Shown here one piece after another: positions 1 through 14,131 of a DNA stretch of 64,000 bases. Numbering within the stretch: position 1 is the stretch's first letter; the number at the start of each line of letters is the position of its first letter. The notes under the pieces were generated by a model. The model saw only the letters and a list, made by a program, of their open reading frames with translations. It did no database searches and was not told where the DNA came from. The position numbers and the translations under genes were made by a program. This DNA is from Podarcis erhardii (lineage: Eukaryota): the NCBI GenBank assembly GCA_964252035.1, contig OZ176213.1; one strand, written 5' to 3'.

Positions 1-1025
1 GGGCTGTGATTTATAGCCAGTTCATACAATCCTGAACAGGATCCAGATGGCACTGTCGGTTAGGCACAGGATGAAACCATTTTGCTTGAGTTAAGAAGTG
101 CCTAAATGGGAGACAAACTGGGAACCCTGCCTAGAACACATCTGAGTTACATGAAGGAAGGCAGCATAGAAATGGACTAGATGGCTGAGGGGCGATGGTG
201 GCAAGAGAGGCTCTTCTCTGTGGTGGCCCCCAGCTAGTGAAATGACCTCCCTTCTGAAGCCCATATTCTGCCATCACTGAATATTATTATCATCACCATG
301 ATCCTCATCATCAATTAAATTTATATATCGCCCTATACCTGAAGGTCTCAGGGCAGTTCACAGAACAATGCATTTTGATAATAGGCTGAGACGCATTTCT
401 TTACCTAGGTCTTTGGATGAGTGTGTATCTTCTCTCCTCCTACTCTGCTGTGTGCTACAGTTCTGTGCTACTTTTGTTATTCTGATAACTGGGTTTTATT
501 TTACAATTTTAATTACACACTGTTTTTAATTGTTATATTTTGCAGCCCACCCAGCGATCATTTGGCGAAGGGTGGGCTATAAATACAGATAACAAAATAA
601 ATAAATTGAAGCGCTGCCTCACACCAACGTACAGGAGTTGAACAAGCACGTGTCAAATGCAAACACTGGCTTTGTCACAAGCCGCAGGGCACAACAGAAA
701 CCTTGGCATTATGCTGCTTTGACAGGGCTGACAGAAATGCCAGCATTTCTGCCAATAGGCAGAGGTGCATGCCAGTCTTCAACTACACTAGGGTTGCGTA
801 TTATATGCAAATTGCCTTCTGTGGAGTGTGACAAGCAACTAGCCTTCTTCCCAACTTTTGAAGCAGCAGAGATGGGCGAGGATTGTCCCAGCAGCTAAGA
901 AGTGATTTTGCCTCCTCCCCATTGCCAAATTTGAGGAGGATGGAAAGGAGATGTTTGGCTGCTGTACTAGCAGCAAGGGCCAGACAGCCGCATCCTATGA
1001 GGCTTAGTTTGGTCAGAATAGAGTA

Positions 1026-1230
1026 CAGTGGTACCTCAGGTTACAAACACTTTGGATTACAAACGCTTCGGGTTACAAACTCTGCTAACATGGCAGTAGT
1101 ACCTCAGGTTGAGAACTCTGCCCCAGGATGAAAACGGAAATTGCGCACTAGCAGCGCAGCAGGCCCTGTGAGCTTCAGGTTAAGAATGGACCTCCGGAAC
1201 GAATTAAGTTCGTAACCCGAGGTACCACTG
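1026..1230. mobile_element. Tc1/mariner (Tigger-like) MITE
   Basis: TIRs CAGTGGTACCTC...GAGGTACCACTG with TA on both sides. Confidence 0.85.
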
Positions 1231-3052
1231 TATACACTTCCAGAGTTAACACTAAATACATTACTTATGGTAAATGAGCCACCATAGCCACTAGAGGACT
1301 ATGAAAATTTGTTTCCCAGGCTTTTTCTACTTGTCTACCTGTGTACTATCTGAAACCAGAGGGGCGCATTGGTTGCCAGATGTGAATATTATCATTATTT
1401 TCGGCTCTCCTGCACCACTATAGCTTTCCACTTGATTACTGAAGTAGTGTTGTGCTTGCTTAAGGACCAAGTCACAAAAATGGTGCGCTTTTGAGTTCTG
1501 TGGGACCAAATTCTTCCTCTGACAAGATGTTAAAGAAAGCAAAAAAGGAGAAGGTGGGAAGAGGAAAATGTTGCCGACCATTTCTGCTTTATTTTGCCTA
1601 TTTTGTGATTTTCAGTTGGTCCCAATGAAGGTTTTGTGAATTTTCTAAATGAAGTCAAACAGCTACTGCCATTTTTCTTATTACTTCTAATAAGAAATTT
1701 GAAATCATTTATTTCAACAGGAAAGAAGACAGGCTCTGGAGGCCTCAAAAGCACACACACAATTTTGTGATATTCTGCTCTATCCATGGTTTTGTAATGT
1801 CTCCTATGAGCCAGCACAGCTAACTTAAACTTTTCAGTAAGAAATGATTCAGAACTTGGGTATGAATAGTTATACAGTTTCATCCTGAATTTGTAATATC
1901 AGCCTGTAACTGTAACAATCAAGTCAAATATTTTGAACACAAAGAAAGAAAGAACATGTTTGGAAAACTATCACAATACTCTTTTAAGAGTATAACAATA
2001 TATACAGCCCTGTAACAATACTCTTAAAACTTGCAATATCCAGAACATAACACACACATTTAAAATGTGGTATCTAAAAGAGGCATGGAGAAGAAAATAT
2101 AAATACAACCCATTTTAAAGGTGCAGCTGTAAGATGCTATGCCCTAACAGATCTGAATATATCAGTTTACCGGCTATTTTCAGTTCTAGGCCTATTAACA
2201 TTTGACCAAGCAGTCACAATACTAGGTAAGAAGAAGAAAATAAACTCCAATCTCAGGAAAAACTAAAAACTGAGAAAATAAAAGCCCATGTGAATGCATA
2301 AATGCACATCTCAATTCAATAACGTAAAAATCAAGTTAGAAACAAAATTATACAAATAGTAAAATAAGAATCTGCCTTATCAGATGTCTGGGTTCAAGGA
2401 GTTCCAAAGTCCCTTCACTGACTAGCACCAGCTCTCTAGAGTTTCAGGCAAGGAGCCCTTGCCAACTGCACCCAGAGATGCCAGAAAGTGAACCAGGAAC
2501 CATAGGTTGATCGGAAGAGGCTTCCCAAGACTGATTTCAGAGGTCAAGGAGAAAGAAGAGGATCCATTGATGACAGGCGCTTAGGTGGCAACCCTAAAGG
2601 CTGTTCTTCAAGGGTTTTTAAGACAAGCAGTATAGATGTCTTCCAATTTGCCAGTTTTAAGGCACAATGTTGTCAACTCAAGTGAACCAGACAGTGGCTG
2701 TTGTAGGACCAGAGGACCTTGAAATGATATCCTTAAAACCTCCAGGATTCACAGCTGCTTCTTTTCAAGCCATTCCCATCAAGGACCTCTTGAAGCCATT
2801 TGCTTATAATAAAAGTTCCCATTTGGTCAGGCACACAATTATATGAACAAAACATACAGTATTGTCTGAACTGGCCCTAGGACTAAAGGAAATTTTGCCT
2901 AAATACATAACACACCTTCCATTTATTCCAACCCACAAAGGGTGAATTTTCCTGTGAAGTGAGGTGAATTTAGATGCACCCAGCAAGTGTATCTTCCAAG
3001 ATGTAATTCTGGCATTAAGTCCAGTGGGGCTTAAATGGAAGCCAGGTCCTAC

Positions 3053-4365
<1,313 letters not shown>

Positions 4366-5959
4366 CTAACATGAATCAGTTTTCTTTCTTCAAATGGTGG
4401 CTCACTGGATTGCTTTGGGATGTTGGAAGCGGCACAAAACATAGGGAGCTAATTAAAAGAGTAATCAAAACACACTTTCTAAACAAATGGCATGTATTAT
4501 CTGCTGTTACGGTGTGGCCACTCCAATTGCAAATAAATCGTTTAGTTCACTAGCCAGCTAAAGCTACAAGCTTTCATTCCTAAGACAAACCATGTTAAGA
4601 GCAATTTTGCTCTTAAGTTTTGGATAAGGGTAGTAAGTTGATATAATAGCCTCCATAACTGCCTACAGAAAGGGGTGACTGTCACAGTGAATAAACTGTC
4701 TTTAGTAAGTACTGAACTGCAAGGGCACCACATTGTGTGTATTTCCAGAAAAAAATAATAACTGCAACTGTTGACTTCTTTTCAAAGAGCTCTAACAACC
4801 CAAAATTATAAAAAAGCTTAGATTCAGCGCAGCCTTGCAAACAAGTTCACAAGGTACTAAGCTCAAATGCTTACACAATTACATCTGGTACAGTAAAAGT
4901 TTAAACACAAAAAGGATTAATTGCCTCCAATTCATAAGAACTGCCCAAGTTGGATGCTCTGAAGGCTATTCTTACTTAGGAGTTGCAATCAGGAGAGTAT
5001 TTGCCCAGTGCTGTTCATACACACATGCCCCCCAGTGCAGCACACACAAACACTTCAAAATTTAAGAGCTGCTTATGCATGAAACAAGATGGTTTTGGGA
5101 GACTGTAATAGTTTTTTGTGTGCAATTATCAGGCACTCATTGGGACTACATTAAGCTACCCTGCATCAAGACACAGAGACTAGATTGGGGATATCTTCAA
5201 AGTCTGTGTTGTCATTCTTTTTTAAGTCACATTTCCCCCCTAGAAAGACCTTTAACAGATTATGTAGTTGCCATGACTAGATGGGGGTGAAGAGGAGAGT
5301 CCCTTTGTACTCAAAGGGACACATATATTATACTTTGTATTTTCAGAAAAGAAGTCTTATACTGTCTCTGGGGTTCTAGTCCAAGCAAAGCCCTGAAGAA
5401 TTATATTCCTTAGCCAGAAAAACACAAGACATTGCCAGGATTCCTTAATTTGAGTTAAAACAATATCATATTTTGACACCTTGAACAAAGTCATATATTC
5501 ATGTTAAGGACAAGGAGCAACAATGTTCAGGGACACTAATGAATGCCAGTTGCTGGGGAGTCAAAGGCCCATTGCCTTCAAAACCTGCTTGTGACCATCC
5601 CAGAAGCATCTCTGGGAAACAGGACACTGGACTTCACAACTTTGGTGTGATCAAGCAAGCCTTCCCATCGTTTTTACAGCTGCAGACCCACACAGCAACT
5701 CTTTGAATTATTAACACAGCACGCAGCTCTGATGTATTTGTAGTAAGAATGCCACAAGAGATGGGCTTTTGTGTGTCCCCCCCACCGCTTACAAGTTTTA
5801 ACATTAGCTCGTGAGTGCAATACTTTCCCGAAGCCAACGATCCCCAAAAGTAAAGAGTTATATTGTAAGCACTTGGTCAGGCAAACTAGCCGCTCCAGGA
5901 ACTGGGATGCATGAGAAGCTGAGGGCCCCAGAGAACTTTGCTGCCCCAGTGAAGCATCC

Positions 5960-6720
5960 AGCGATCCCGGGATGTTAAGGGGCGACCCGGAGCTGAATGC
6001 CACCCATGTCGGCCTTCTCTATAGCAGCAGCCTGCAAGCCACCCCCGCCCAAGCTGGTGCAGGCGCCCATGTCTCGCGAGGCCCTAAAATGCAACCACAT
6101 GAGGCACATGGAAGCTCCACTACGTGCCCTGGGGCTTACACGCATGTAAAGTAAGTTGCAGCCCGAACGCGTGAACACGCAGCCGTGCCCGGCGTTCTTC
6201 GTCCAGCAAGGCACCTTCTGCCTGCCTGCCTGCTGGTCAAGGCCTCCCCGGTCAGGCACAGCCCGCCAGCCCAGCCCTTCCTCCACTCAAAGCCCCAGAC
6301 CAAGCCATTCCTCTCCCAACCGCTCTTCCCTCCCCCCCCCCGGCTCCGTTTAGGCGGCCGCCGCGAGGCCCAGGAGAAGCGCGGTCATCTCCAAATAAGC
6401 TGCGCAGGTCGAGCGGAGCCCCAGCTTCCAGGAACCGGGTCGACAGCGGCCCAAGGAGACAGGATGGGTTCGATAGACGACGGATGCCACCCAGGAACGG
6501 CCATCGCCCGCTACTCACCAGTGCAGCAATATGGCGGAAAAAGGAAGGCGGCCGAGCGAGCGCGGGGTGTTATGGGAAATCGAGGCGGCAGGATAACAAG
6601 GAAGTGGTGGGGATTTTTCTCGCGAGATTATCTTGTTCCCGGGTTAAAATGCCTCGGGGAGTTTTCCGCTCGGCCAGTGCTCGTCAACGGCTTCGTTTTG
6701 GACCGTAGAGAACAAAATGT
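5960..6720 (-). promoter_or_regulatory. RPS15A: RPS15A CpG island with palindromic TCTCGCGAGA (CGCG/BANP-type) element
   Basis: CpG-dense. Exact TCTCGCGAGA at 6618-6627, about 70 bp upstream of the TOP tract, and a near-match TCTCGCGAGG at 6072-6081. Confidence 0.8.
6519..6548 (-). promoter_or_regulatory. RPS15A: RPS15A non-coding exon 1 with 5'TOP/TCT initiator
   Basis: Minus strand reads CCTTCCTTTTTCCGCCATATTGCTGCACTG|GTGAGTAG: a pyrimidine tract (5'TOP), a YY1-type GCCATNTT and a strong donor. It splices to the acceptor at 4322, 5 nt before the ATG. Confidence 0.88.
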
Positions 6721-7109
6721 AGAGATATCTTGTGAATCGACACACAGGGCTCAATTTTTGATCTTTTAGGATGCGATCTTCTGCATACGCATTTGGGAGC
6801 AAACCTGTTGAAATCACTGGGACGTGGCTTTGAATAGATAGCTGCAGTGCTCAGAATGTCTTTGAGCTGATATTTCCTGGATTTTTAATTTTTTTTTTTG
6901 GCAGCAGCTTCTCCACTCAGAAACAGAAAGAATGCGCACACCTATGCATGCCATATTTAAGGGGATTCTTAAAAATAAAATTTTGGAAGCAGAAAACATT
7001 TTAAAGTGGACCATGTCTGCATGCAAGTCAATGAAGCGCAAGGCTTCTGTGTTCCATTGACCGCTGGATTCAGGCTTGATCTCTCGCTAATTTTTACATA
7101 GGAGATTAT

Positions 7110-7335
7110 ATGAGTTAGAAAGAGAACTTCCGCCAAGATTTCTCAACGGAAGCTACCCGGAAGTTACCGACACTACATTTTCCTATCTCTATGCCCTAAA
7201 GGCAAGGCGTCTTCAAACAGCTCGGCACTTTCGGTTTTGGTATCCAGTAGCAACCAAGAACGCTTCCGGAAAAGGGGCGGGGCCAGGCGACGGTTTTGTA
7301 AATGCTCAGCCTGTTTCTGTCACTGCGCGGCAGGA
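7110..7335. promoter_or_regulatory. Second cluster of promoter motifs (ETS, ZNF143/THAP11-like, Sp1)
   Basis: CCGGAAGT at 7157-7164, ACTACATTTTCC at 7172-7183, CTTCCGGAA at about 7263 and GGGGCGGGGC at 7274-7283; locally CpG-rich. Confidence 0.5.
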
Positions 7336-7517
7336 CTCCGTCGCATGAACTCCTTCTCCTGTATATGCACTACACGTTTTATCCCGTTTCCTCCAGGCCA
7401 CACACCCGCGAGTTGCTCCAAGGCACCATATAGGGATCTTCCCTATCCTCCATTTTACTCTCACAGCCACCTAAAGTGAGATAGGGCAGAGTCCTCCAAC
7501 CTTGGGTTCCTCAGGTA

Positions 7518-7795
7518 CAGTGGTACCTCGGGTTAAGAAATTAATTCGTTCCGGAAGTCCGTTCTTAACGTGAAATTGTTCTTAACCCGAGGTACCACTT
7601 TAGCTAATGGGGACTCCTGCTTCCGTCATGCAATTTCTGTTCTCATCCTGAAGCAAAGTTCTTAACCAGAGATACTATTTCTGGGTTAGCCAAGTCTGTA
7701 GCCTGAAGTGTCTGTAACCTGAAGCATCTGTAACCCGAGGTACCACTGTATTTTGATGGGAGTACAGTGGTACCTCGGGTTAAGTACTTAATTCA
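7518..7795. mobile_element. Tc1/mariner MITE (7518-7748) plus a truncated second TIR fragment (7765-7795)
   Basis: TA-CAGTGGTACCTCGGG...CCCGAGGTACCACTG-TA; the same left end reappears 17 bp later. Confidence 0.85.
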
Positions 7796-8364
7796 TCTTG
7801 TTGCTAGTGCCCATAACTGCTAGATACAGGAACTGCCATCATAGACTTCCAATGACTAAATATAATTCATTTTGCAACTATAAGTTCTCACTTTTCTCAG
7901 GATTTGTGTGCTGCTTCTAATGTCCAAAATGAAAGTATAATGTCAAATATGGTATTCATGAATGGGAAAATACTTACTACAATGATAACTAAGTTGGCAT
8001 ACCAAAATATTTCAACCCAAGGAGCAGTAATAGGTAATGTTGCTCCTTTCACCTGCTGAAGATAGCCTGCTTCAGGGATTTCTCTTTTCACTAGCCTTAG
8101 TAAGAGGCTTTGTTTCTTCTCCTAAGGCAGAGATCTTATGAGGTTGCTCTAATGAGTCCAAAAATGGTTTTTCATTCGTTTGGAAAAACAGAATGCCCTA
8201 AGATTCACATGTCACAAGAGATCCAACATAGGCATGTTTAAGTATTGAACGCCACCCTAGTGTCCTTATGTAGATAAGTTATCTGCACCATGTTACATAC
8301 TAGTATGGCAGTAAAAAATGAGGCACATCCCACCCCTAGCACTCAAAAATGTTAGATGTGCGTG

Positions 8365-9535
8365 AAGAGAGAAAGACTGCTTTTTATTGTTGCGAGCCAA
8401 TTAGTAAGAGAGTGATGATAAAAATAATATTTGTGTTAGTTCTAGTTAGAAGACTTTCTACCCCTTGCTGCCAATGCTGCCAACACAGTTATGGCCTTTC
8501 GGGCTTCACTATAGGCAATATATCACAAGAGCAACTTTAAAACTTTGTCCTTTTGAGACACATTTACAAAAAATGTGTACCGAATTACAGTGTTTCAGAG
8601 AAAACTGAAAGGTTGGGAACTTAGAATGAAAAGCAGCTACCATCTGTAAGGCAGTAATGTAAGCAGCAGATCTCATTTTGTCAAAAAAGATAATAATGAA
8701 ACAAAAAAAAGTTTCAAGATTTCTCAAGTCTATATTTTCAAACGTAAGATAACACTGTTCATCAATTTACAATTAAGACAGAAATTTGCCTGTTAAACGG
8801 AAATTTAAGATGCCTATCATTTTAACAGGTTACAAACTTTTACTTAAGAAATGTGTAGTAAAAACAAAATAGCATTAAGAAAACAAAAATAACTCCAGAG
8901 ACTTGTTGGCAAGACAGACGCATCACGTATTTTCAACATGATTTTATATAAGACCATATTTTTAAAAAATGTACAGACATGTTTCACAACACCAAAACTA
9001 GAGCTATTTAAATAATAGAAGCAATGAAGTTGACTGTCTGTGCATCCTGACTTAAGTTTTTCATTCAGTTTCAGTGCAATTAAGTTGCATTGCAGAGCTA
9101 CAACTACAACTGGGATTCAGAGTTTAGGAGCTTTGTTTATTCAAATCACCTGTCACCTACAACATTGTACATTTAGCAATTTAATCTAGAGGGCATTTTG
9201 AATTAAATCTAGACAGTCCAGAGGGTCCTTAAAATGCTCAAGAGGAATGGAAAATGTTACCCAGTTCACCACCACCAGTTGTTATTGATCAGTCTTATTA
9301 CAGTATTGAAGTTGCTAGTCACACTTACTGTAAGAATAACTGTCCATGTTAGAAGACTATTAGTGTGTGACTGAGGGACCATACAGTTCCTGTTTAAACA
9401 GCACAAGAAGGGCCCTTATTTAAAATCAAAAAGCGATGACTGAAATAAGCACTTCTATACTATTAAACACACAATAATTCGTTGAATTGTTCCCAGAACA
9501 CAATTATACTATAGAGTGAATTAGCAAGCAATGTT
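8365..9535 (-). other. ARL6IP1: ARL6IP1 3'UTR with candidate polyadenylation signals
   Basis: Minus-strand AATAAA at 9136-9141 and 8383-8388, downstream of the stop. The cleavage site is inferred. Confidence 0.55.
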
Positions 9536-12500
9536 TCATTCGTTTTTCTTCTCCTTTTGCTTCAGGAGTTTGTTGACCTCCCTTTTTGCCATTCCAGCAT
9601 ATTTTGAAATTATTCCGTGCTTGTTCAACCCAGGAAACAACAAGAAGCAGCTCACTAGGGGAGTAAAGAAGAAGTTATCACCAACTATGTTCATTTGCAA
9701 ATTCATCCCCCATACCGACTCATCTAATTTATGTTGCAATCGCTTCATTATAGGCATCCCAACTACAAATATCTCCCCCATTCTCTATTGTGGAAAAACA
9801 TAGCAATATATTATTCTGCACCACTTACCAATAAGGTAGGTGAGGAAGAGGTTATGAACTTGCTGTCCTATCCAAGCAATCACAGCTAAGGAACAGAGCA
9901 TTGTCATGAAGTACTAGAAGAGAAATAAGAATGGTAGTAGTCCTTAAAAGTAAGTTATGAAGGCATGATAGTTACCTCTCTAAGTACTTTCCCTGCTGCT
10001 ATTAAAAACAGCATTATTGATTTAGCATGGATTCTGAATGAGTGAACAAACAAACACACTTAGCAGTATATCTCATTCACTTCAGTGGAAATTTATTTCA
10101 AGCAAATAGGTTTTAGGAGCTTAGCTTAGATTGTTATTGGCTTGCTGGATGCATTAGGACGATGTTATAAATTGCAGACAGGAATATATTCGCATACCAC
10201 TACAATAACTGTCCTAGAGACTATGAAGCAAAAAAACAACCAAAAAGTGCCTGAAACAAAAGTGGGGGAGGGGGAGACAGTCAAATACTCAAATCAAGAT
10301 ACCATAAAAAGCTCTGATCAGACGTTGTGTGCACTTACTAAAGCATTTTACGTAAGAAAAAGGGATTTTCATTTAAAAACAAATATACATGCCAGTCAAC
10401 AAAAGCATTTGTTTTTGTATATGTAAGGCAGAATGGATTTATAAAGCAACATCCAATTTGCAATAAGGATGAAACATTTTCCGAGAAGCACATATATTAC
10501 CATTTTAGGCTTTTCCTCCTTAAATGTGAAAAGACGTTTCCACCAACCAACAATTCCGCGCCGTGTTTTTACCAGGTTGCTACAAATTTCATGGAACCGC
10601 TGCTGTTGTTCAGTAGTCCTTTAAAGAAATTATTTTGAACAAAACTCTTGATATTATGGTCTCGCCTCCACTTTAGAAACTGCACATGAGCAACCATTAT
10701 CATCTCGACCTCCCGCCACCCAGTTCAAAATTTGATGCCATTTTAATGTCCCGTTCATATATGTACAATATATATTTCTTTGATTCTCTACTATAACTAT
10801 TCACTGTTAGGGTGATCAACAAATCCAAGAATGAGAAGATCATATATATTTTAATGGACTAAAACTTGCATTAATTTGCAGTTGACACGTGTTTTGAATG
10901 ACCAGATATTATGAAGAATTTACTATTAACTGCAAATCTGTGTCCTATTCAGCAAATCACCATTTCCAGCAAAGAGGTTCTTCAGCTGCCTCAAAACTTT
11001 CAGTTAGATGACAACATCTTTATATATATTTACACCCCAAGAATCCATGACAGCCAGTTGTTTAAAGGCTACAGCTCTGTTTTTAGTCTACTATCAATGT
11101 GCATGGTGCTGTAGAGAGTAACGTAAGGGGGACGGGAACAGGAGGAAAAGATAGGTTCCTGCCTCAATGACCTTGCAGTCTAAACATACAAGCAAAGGTA
11201 TCAAACAGAAAAAAGAGACAACCAAGCCTTTAATATACACAGATATTGTTGCTCTAGGTCAGGTATAGGCAAACTCGGCCCTCCAGATGTTTTGGGACTA
11301 CAACTCTCATCATCCCTAGCTAAAAGGACCAGTGGTCAGGGATGATGGGAACTGTAGTCCCAAAACATCTGGAAGGCCGAGTTTGCCTATGCCTGCTCTA
11401 GGTAGTAGAACACTAGGTATGTCAGAACACTAGGTAGAAGGATTTTTGTTCAGGACTGATGCACATAGTTAACACTGAATATATGTTGGTTCAATTCTAT
11501 TCTTGCTAAATGTTATACTTAAGGGACTGTCAAACAACATACCATTTACTGGAGCCAAAAATTCTAGGAGCAAGAGCAGGTACAAGGTAGTCAGCCAAAC
11601 AAAGCAGCATAACAAAGCAAGAAACACCTGAAAGAACAGATGGGTCCAAGTAGTAGATCATCCTGTTGGGGCAAGAAAAATGTTGTTATCTAGTGGCAAA
11701 ACATTTAACAATGTGATTAAAGGAGGTGTGGAGAAGAAGTAGCCACCAAATTTTATTTTGAAGTACCCAACTCCCATCAGCCCCAGCCAACATAGCCAGT
11801 GGTTGAGAAATAATGCCTCAATTTAGTTTCTGCAATGGCATAATCACCAGTGGTAGAGTAGGTTGGAAGGACAGAGAAAATGAAGTTTGGAAGGAATAAA
11901 AAGTTGTTGCTCTTCCCTATCTTTTCCAATTAATAGGCCCTTCTATGAAATAAAATGACTAGGAATGCCCCCAAGTTTGAACATATATTTGTTTTTTTTA
12001 TAGCAGCATTGTTTTTCCAGCTGCATAAAACTTCCCATGTACTCTTTACAGCAGAGCAGTACCGAGAACTTCAGAAAAGTAACTACTAGCTTAACTGTCT
12101 TTAGCATTACAGTGGTGCCTCGCAAGACAAAATTAATTCGTTCCACGAGTCTCTTCGTCTTGCGGTTTTTTCGTCTTGTGAAGCACCCCTATTAGCGGCT
12201 TAGCGCTATTAGCGGCTTAGAAAAAGGGGGGGAGGAAAAAAACTCCCATAGGGAAATTCGTCTTGCGAAGCACCTCAAAAGACGGAAAACTCTCTCGTCT
12301 AGCGAGTTTTTCGTCTTGCGAGGCATTCGTCTTGCGGGGCACCACTGTATTATTTTTTGTAACATTCTCTCCAATAACTTACAGAAAGATGAAGGAAACT
12401 ACAGCAATCATAGCAGGTGGAAACCATGGTTTTTCCCAACGAAGGATTTTGTCTGTCACCAGAATCACTTCACCCCATCCTTGCAACTGCTCTTCCAAGC

Positions 12501-14088
12501 TAGCTGTCTCTGCAGCCTGTGAATAAAAGCATTTTAACATATGTAATTGCCCCAGGCAGAAAAATGCTTACACAATGCATATGCTTCATTGGACATGTAG
12601 GCTATCTTATGTTAGACAATATAACAGCTTTATCCTTATTTTGCTTTACAGAATATAACTCAAGTTTTTTATGTCTGCATCCTCTTAACTGGTTCTTTTA
12701 ATTTGAAGCCATATGTCTATCATGCAACAAAATATCTGGTTACTCCCAACTAGGAGAACAGTGCCATATTCATAGGATATATTTCTACATACTGAAACTT
12801 CAATCCAGAGTTCCCATGAGCAGAACAGGATGCTCTGGCTAGAGCAAAAGGGTTGTGGATGCAATTTACACCAATTCTTCCTTCCTCCTTTAGCCAATGA
12901 AAAGCTGCTCTAGAGGTTTGGGGATTCAAGGTCAGAGGGGAAAGGGGAAATTGGCAGAAATCATCTTTCCCACATTCCTCAAGCGGGAACCTCTTCTAGA
13001 ACCACAATGACAACTATAGATCCGGTAGTTAAGATTTTTTATAACAAAGAGCTATTCTACCTGCCATTTATTGTTATGGCACCATCTTGTGAAAACTGTG
13101 CTCCAGGACCTTATTTTGAGACTTGTTCTGATTCCAGCTTGGATATTAGGATAAAATTTATCTGGCTTATGGAGAACCCAAATCTTATGATCATGAACTT
13201 GGGCAGCATGAGAATAACTCAATATGAACAAAATATTTGAAATTAAACTGTTTTTCATTATTTATTATCCTAACAGTGTTAAATGCTATGCAAGGTTCTG
13301 TGTGCAAAACTGGATTCACCAATATTTTAATTCACTCTGAATAACTGTTACTTTCGACATCCTACACAGCTGTGTTTTGTACTGATTGCTGTCTCAGCCC
13401 AGGACCATAAACTGAAGACTTGTGAATAGTACGTAGGTGAAACTTTCATAATGAACTATGAAGGGGGGAGGGGGAGAGACCTGCCACTGAGGTCTACACA
13501 CTGTATAAAACTCCTGCTAGTCTAGCATGTTTAATGCTTCCTTATTTTGAATTCTAATTTCTGTTCTTCAGTTTCTGTCCATTTCCTAACACGGCCTTCT
13601 AGATCAGCAAAATATAGGGAGTTCTAGCCAATAAATTTTGTTTCTAAACATTTCTCTCTTCCCCTGAAGCTTAGATCTATCTGTGAATATTCCATCACAC
13701 ACATACCCTTAACTCATGTCTTTGAAATGATTCAGTCACAAGACAAACTAAACCGTTGTTCTGCCTGGGTTAAAATCTCTCCTTGCCCATCAAGTTCACT
13801 CAGTTGTATTGGCCCATTTATGCGCACACAGCCTCAGTGGCTGCATAGGGCCATTATAAAACAGGGGAAAACTCATGTGCACTGTCTTCAACTCAAAAAG
13901 TAGGGTATACCAAGCATATCCCATCAGATGTCAAAGCGATAAATAACTACCTGACATTCAGAAGACATCTTAAGGCAGCCCTGTTCAGGGAAGTTTTTAA
14001 TCTGTGATATTTTAGTGTATTTCTGGTTTTTATGGAAGTCGCCCAGAGTGGCTGGGGAAACCCAGCCAGATGGGCGGGGTACAAATAA

Positions 14089-14131
<43 letters not shown>

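Noticed and set aside
5972-6769. Overlapping ORFs of up to 194 aa around RPS15A exon 1
   Set aside because: CpG-island artefacts with low-complexity Pro/Arg/Gly composition and no recognisable domain.
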